From a virus (Duplodnaviria > Caudoviricetes), in IMG/VR virus record IMGVR_UViG_3300010376_000002, positions 1 to 64,000 of that record: a DNA stretch of 64,000 nucleotides. One strand, 5' to 3'. A program made the position numbers and the translations under genes. Of the stretch, positions 61,311-64,000 are shown piece by piece; position 1 is the first letter of the stretch, and every line of letters starts with the position of its first letter. The notes beneath the pieces are model-generated. The model was not told the origin of the DNA. It made no database searches and worked only from the letters and a program-made list of their open reading frames with translations.

Positions 61311-64000
61311 ATGAATCTCGTCCAGTTTTCAGCCACCAGTACCTTCGGTCAGGCTAATATCGCTGGCGATATGCTCGTGGCAATCATAGGTGCACAACCT
61401 GCGGTCACGGCAGTCCATGATTCAGCCGGGAACACTTATACCCAGGCTTATCTCTATTCCGGCACTCCGGTAAGCGGATACGATATTAGTGTTTGGGTCT
61501 GCTATTCGTGTGTCGCTCACGCGAGCGGCAACGTTGTCAGTCTAACCGGCGGCACCTCAAACCAGACTGTGGTTTATGAGGTCAAACCAGACTTCGCGGC
61601 TACCTTTGGCTCAGCGGTGGGAGTGCAAGCCAACAGCACGGTTAGTAATCCTTCCATCGGTCCTCTAGCCGTCCCAGCTAACAGCTTTGTGCTCCTGGGT
61701 GGCTTTCCCGGCTCGATTGCCGGGTTAGTTCCTTCGACGGGTTGGACTATCGAAGTGGGAGGCGCATTCGGCGACCAATCCGCCTGGATGATCTCAGTAG
61801 CAGGCGGCAGTACCAGTGTCCAGATAACCAGCGCCGGCCGCAATCCTAACGCCTTGGTCTTGGTCGCTCTTACCGAGACCTATGCTCCGACTCAAACTCC
61901 GCCCGCCCAAGGCACGATTGTTCTTGGGTCTGGCTTTAAAGATCAACTGGGCGCGGCCCAACCAAACTTGAGTGACGCGAATGCTTGGACCCGTTGGGAT
62001 AATCCCGATTCGACCGGCATTGACTACGTCTACTGTGATGCTGGGGTTGCCGTTAATCCTACGAGCGTCAAATTCTCGGCGCGTGCAACTCGGGAAGCAG
62101 GAACAGTCGGCGCAAAACTCCAAGCGAGTAACGATGCGACCTGGGCAACCGGAGTGGTTACTCTTTGGCAAGTCAGTGCTGCGCCTACCTGCGGGACGCT
62201 GCTCAACGGCTTTAGTATGGCCGCTTACTCTGGTTACACTTGGCGGTATTACCGTTGGCTAGTGCCCAATGGTCAAACCACGGGATTAGCAGATCTGGAG
62301 TTCTACGGCTATTACGCTAGCGGTGTAAATGGGCAGTGCGCGCCCGTCGCGATTACTAATTTCAATGGAACGACGGGAGGCTTTTACGATGCGCCAGTCC
62401 GAGTGCGGATGAGTTGTCCGACTACCACGGCCACCATTCGCTACACCACTGACGGCACCAACCCGCAAAGTTCAGGCACGGCCCAGACGTATACTGGGCC
62501 AATTGTTATTAGTACTAACACTACGATTCAAGCCTGCGCTACCCTTACGGGTTTGGCTGCTTCTCGGGTTACAGCTGCCAGTTATTACATCAACGTGATT
62601 AGTGTCGGACAGGGCGCAGCCGACATCCAGCATGAAGTGACTCGAGGCGGCTATCGGTGGTTCGCCATGGGTATTCAGCTGATGTTCAATCCTCCGGATG
62701 GACTCTGGTATGCGTACGGGCAGAACAACGACATGGTCGGTTTTAATACCGAGGGGAACGCCGGCGTTAATGTTTACTCCTCGCCTGATCTCCGAAACTG
62801 GTCCTTTGTCGCCAATGTGATGCGTCCAGCAGCGACTTGGACAGCACCAAACAATTTCCCTAACCGGACCGCAGTCCTTTACTGTGCGGCCAATGGTACT
62901 TACGTGGCGTGGCAGCAAACGGCGTATACGCCATACACGATGTATGTCTGGACGGCGACCAGTCCCGGCGGCCCTTTCACCTTGAACGGTGGTGCGACTG
63001 GCTACGAAGGTTCCCGTCCCACTATTGATGGCTTTACGCCAGGCGGCGACATCAAGACTTGGTTGGATGGATCTACTGGAAAAGCCTACCTGATTTTCAA
63101 TGCTGGCGGCTCGATGGAAATCTGCCAGTTAACTCCTGATTTCGTTAATTCGGCCGGATCGCCCAATTACGTGCAGTACGAAATCATGGGCGGTTCGAAT
63201 CCAGGCGGACCAAATCCTTTCTCGAATACTCCCGAAGGGTACTCGATGTTCAAAATCGGCTCGACCTATTATTGGATGGCGTCGATGCCTCAAAGCGTAT
63301 TGCCGGGCCTGAACCAATGCGTCGAGGGTTCGAGTCCGCTCGGTCCTTGGAGTGCTCCTTATAATCCCCTGCAACCGGATAGCGGCTCAACCGGCTCGGG
63401 CGGAAACTCTGGGTACAGTCCGAACATTTACAGCCCGTCCAATCAATACGGCTTCGACGGTCAGAATGGAGGTCTTTGGGTTATCCCGGGCCGAACCAAC
63501 GGCTACATATGGCTAGCGGAACGCTATGACGCTGCCTCGAGCACTTGGCCCAATGCCAGCGATACCACCGCCCATTACCATCTGCTCATTCTGCCAATCA
63601 AACTAGATGCGAGTAATCATCTTAAAATTACTTGGCTTCCACAATGGTCATTTGACACCGAGATGCCCCAAGGGACAGGGCAACCGGCCGCTCCGAGCGC
63701 TCTAACTCTGGGCGGTACTCCCACGAGCGTTTCACTTACTTGGGTCAATAACGCCACACAAGGTTATGCTCTTTACCTGGATCGTGCTGCGGACTCCGGC
63801 TTTAGCGTCAATCTCGTCAGCGAAGTCCTGAACGCAGGACAGACCAGTTTTACCGATACGATCCCTGGGACGACCTATTACTATCGAGTTAGAGCCGTCA
63901 ATGCCAGCGGTTCGTCAATCTCGAATGTCGTCTCAACCGTTCCGCCGGCCGCAGCAACTTATTATGTTAATGCAACTGCTGGGAATGATTCCGCCAACGG
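61311..64000 (+). CDS. 3'-truncated multidomain tail spike: virion beta domain + CBM32/discoidin-like + CHB_HEX_C + GH43 propeller + Fn3 + start of a beta-helix
   Basis: Hand-translated ORF with no stop to the window end (absent from the track); IRYTTDGTNP, YSSPDLRNW, SPGGPF, PEG..MFK.G..YY, YYYRVRAVN, YYVNATAGNDSANG. Confidence 0.8.
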   Translation, partial: MNLVQFSATSTFGQANIAGDMLVAIIGAQPAVTAVHDSAGNTYTQAYLYSGTPVSGYDISVWVCYSCVAHASGNVVSLTGGTSNQTVVYEVKPDFAATFGSAVGVQANSTVSNPSIGPLAVPANSFVLLGGFPGSIAGLVPSTGWTIEVGGAFGDQSAWMISVAGGSTSVQITSAGRNPNALVLVALTETYAPTQTPPAQGTIVLGSGFKDQLGAAQPNLSDANAWTRWDNPDSTGIDYVYCDAGVAVNPTSVKFSARATREAGTVGAKLQASNDATWATGVVTLWQVSAAPTCGTLLNGFSMAAYSGYTWRYYRWLVPNGQTTGLADLEFYGYYASGVNGQCAPVAITNFNGTTGGFYDAPVRVRMSCPTTTATIRYTTDGTNPQSSGTAQTYTGPIVISTNTTIQACATLTGLAASRVTAASYYINVISVGQGAADIQHEVTRGGYRWFAMGIQLMFNPPDGLWYAYGQNNDMVGFNTEGNAGVNVYSSPDLRNWSFVANVMRPAATWTAPNNFPNRTAVLYCAANGTYVAWQQTAYTPYTMYVWTATSPGGPFTLNGGATGYEGSRPTIDGFTPGGDIKTWLDGSTGKAYLIFNAGGSMEICQLTPDFVNSAGSPNYVQYEIMGGSNPGGPNPFSNTPEGYSMFKIGSTYYWMASMPQSVLPGLNQCVEGSSPLGPWSAPYNPLQPDSGSTGSGGNSGYSPNIYSPSNQYGFDGQNGGLWVIPGRTNGYIWLAERYDAASSTWPNASDTTAHYHLLILPIKLDASNHLKITWLPQWSFDTEMPQGTGQPAAPSALTLGGTPTSVSLTWVNNATQGYALYLDRAADSGFSVNLVSEVLNAGQTSFTDTIPGTTYYYRVRAVNASGSSISNVVSTVPPAAATYYVNATAGNDSAN

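Noticed and set aside
1-64000. Alternative genetic code (stop-codon reassignment)
   Set aside because: TerL, helicase, portal and capsid ORFs are intact in code 11, and TAG, TGA and TAA all terminate genes at coupled overlaps.
1-64000. CRISPR array, DGR/retron, integrase/att site, IS element
   Set aside because: No regularly spaced repeat array, reverse transcriptase motif, TR/VR pair, recombinase or transposase was recognised; the repeats found are coding or pairwise.

Overview
The whole window reads as part of a tailed dsDNA phage genome (Caudoviricetes, probably short-tailed/podovirus-like). It encodes a terminase large subunit (26.6 kb), a TerS-like protein (38.7 kb), portal and scaffold candidates (44.5-48.5 kb), a major capsid candidate and tail/adaptor genes on the minus strand (51-59 kb), a nozzle-like protein (59.4 kb), putative ejected internal proteins (0-3.6 kb and a 1.7k-aa polyvalent protein at 12.4-17.5 kb), a Bet/RecT recombinase, an SF2 helicase, a VRR-NUC nuclease, three HNH genes, several glycosyl/methyltransferases and three different CAZyme-like proteins. 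No integrase, DNA polymerase, reverse transcriptase or CRISPR array was seen. Both ends cut through ORFs. Protein styles weakly suggest a soil Verrucomicrobiota (Chthoniobacterales-like) host; this is inference only. The most striking observations are: (1) a pair of structured non-coding RNAs just upstream of the portal gene, one being a 125-nt mini-tmRNA-like RNA with alanine identity (G3-U70, A73) but no tag reading frame; (2) a near-perfect parS site with no ParB gene in view; (3) a modular polyvalent protein whose effector domains are bracketed by repeated linkers; (4) a multi-CAZyme tail-spike ORF missed by the ORF track. All family assignments are by-eye motif recognition, not database searches.
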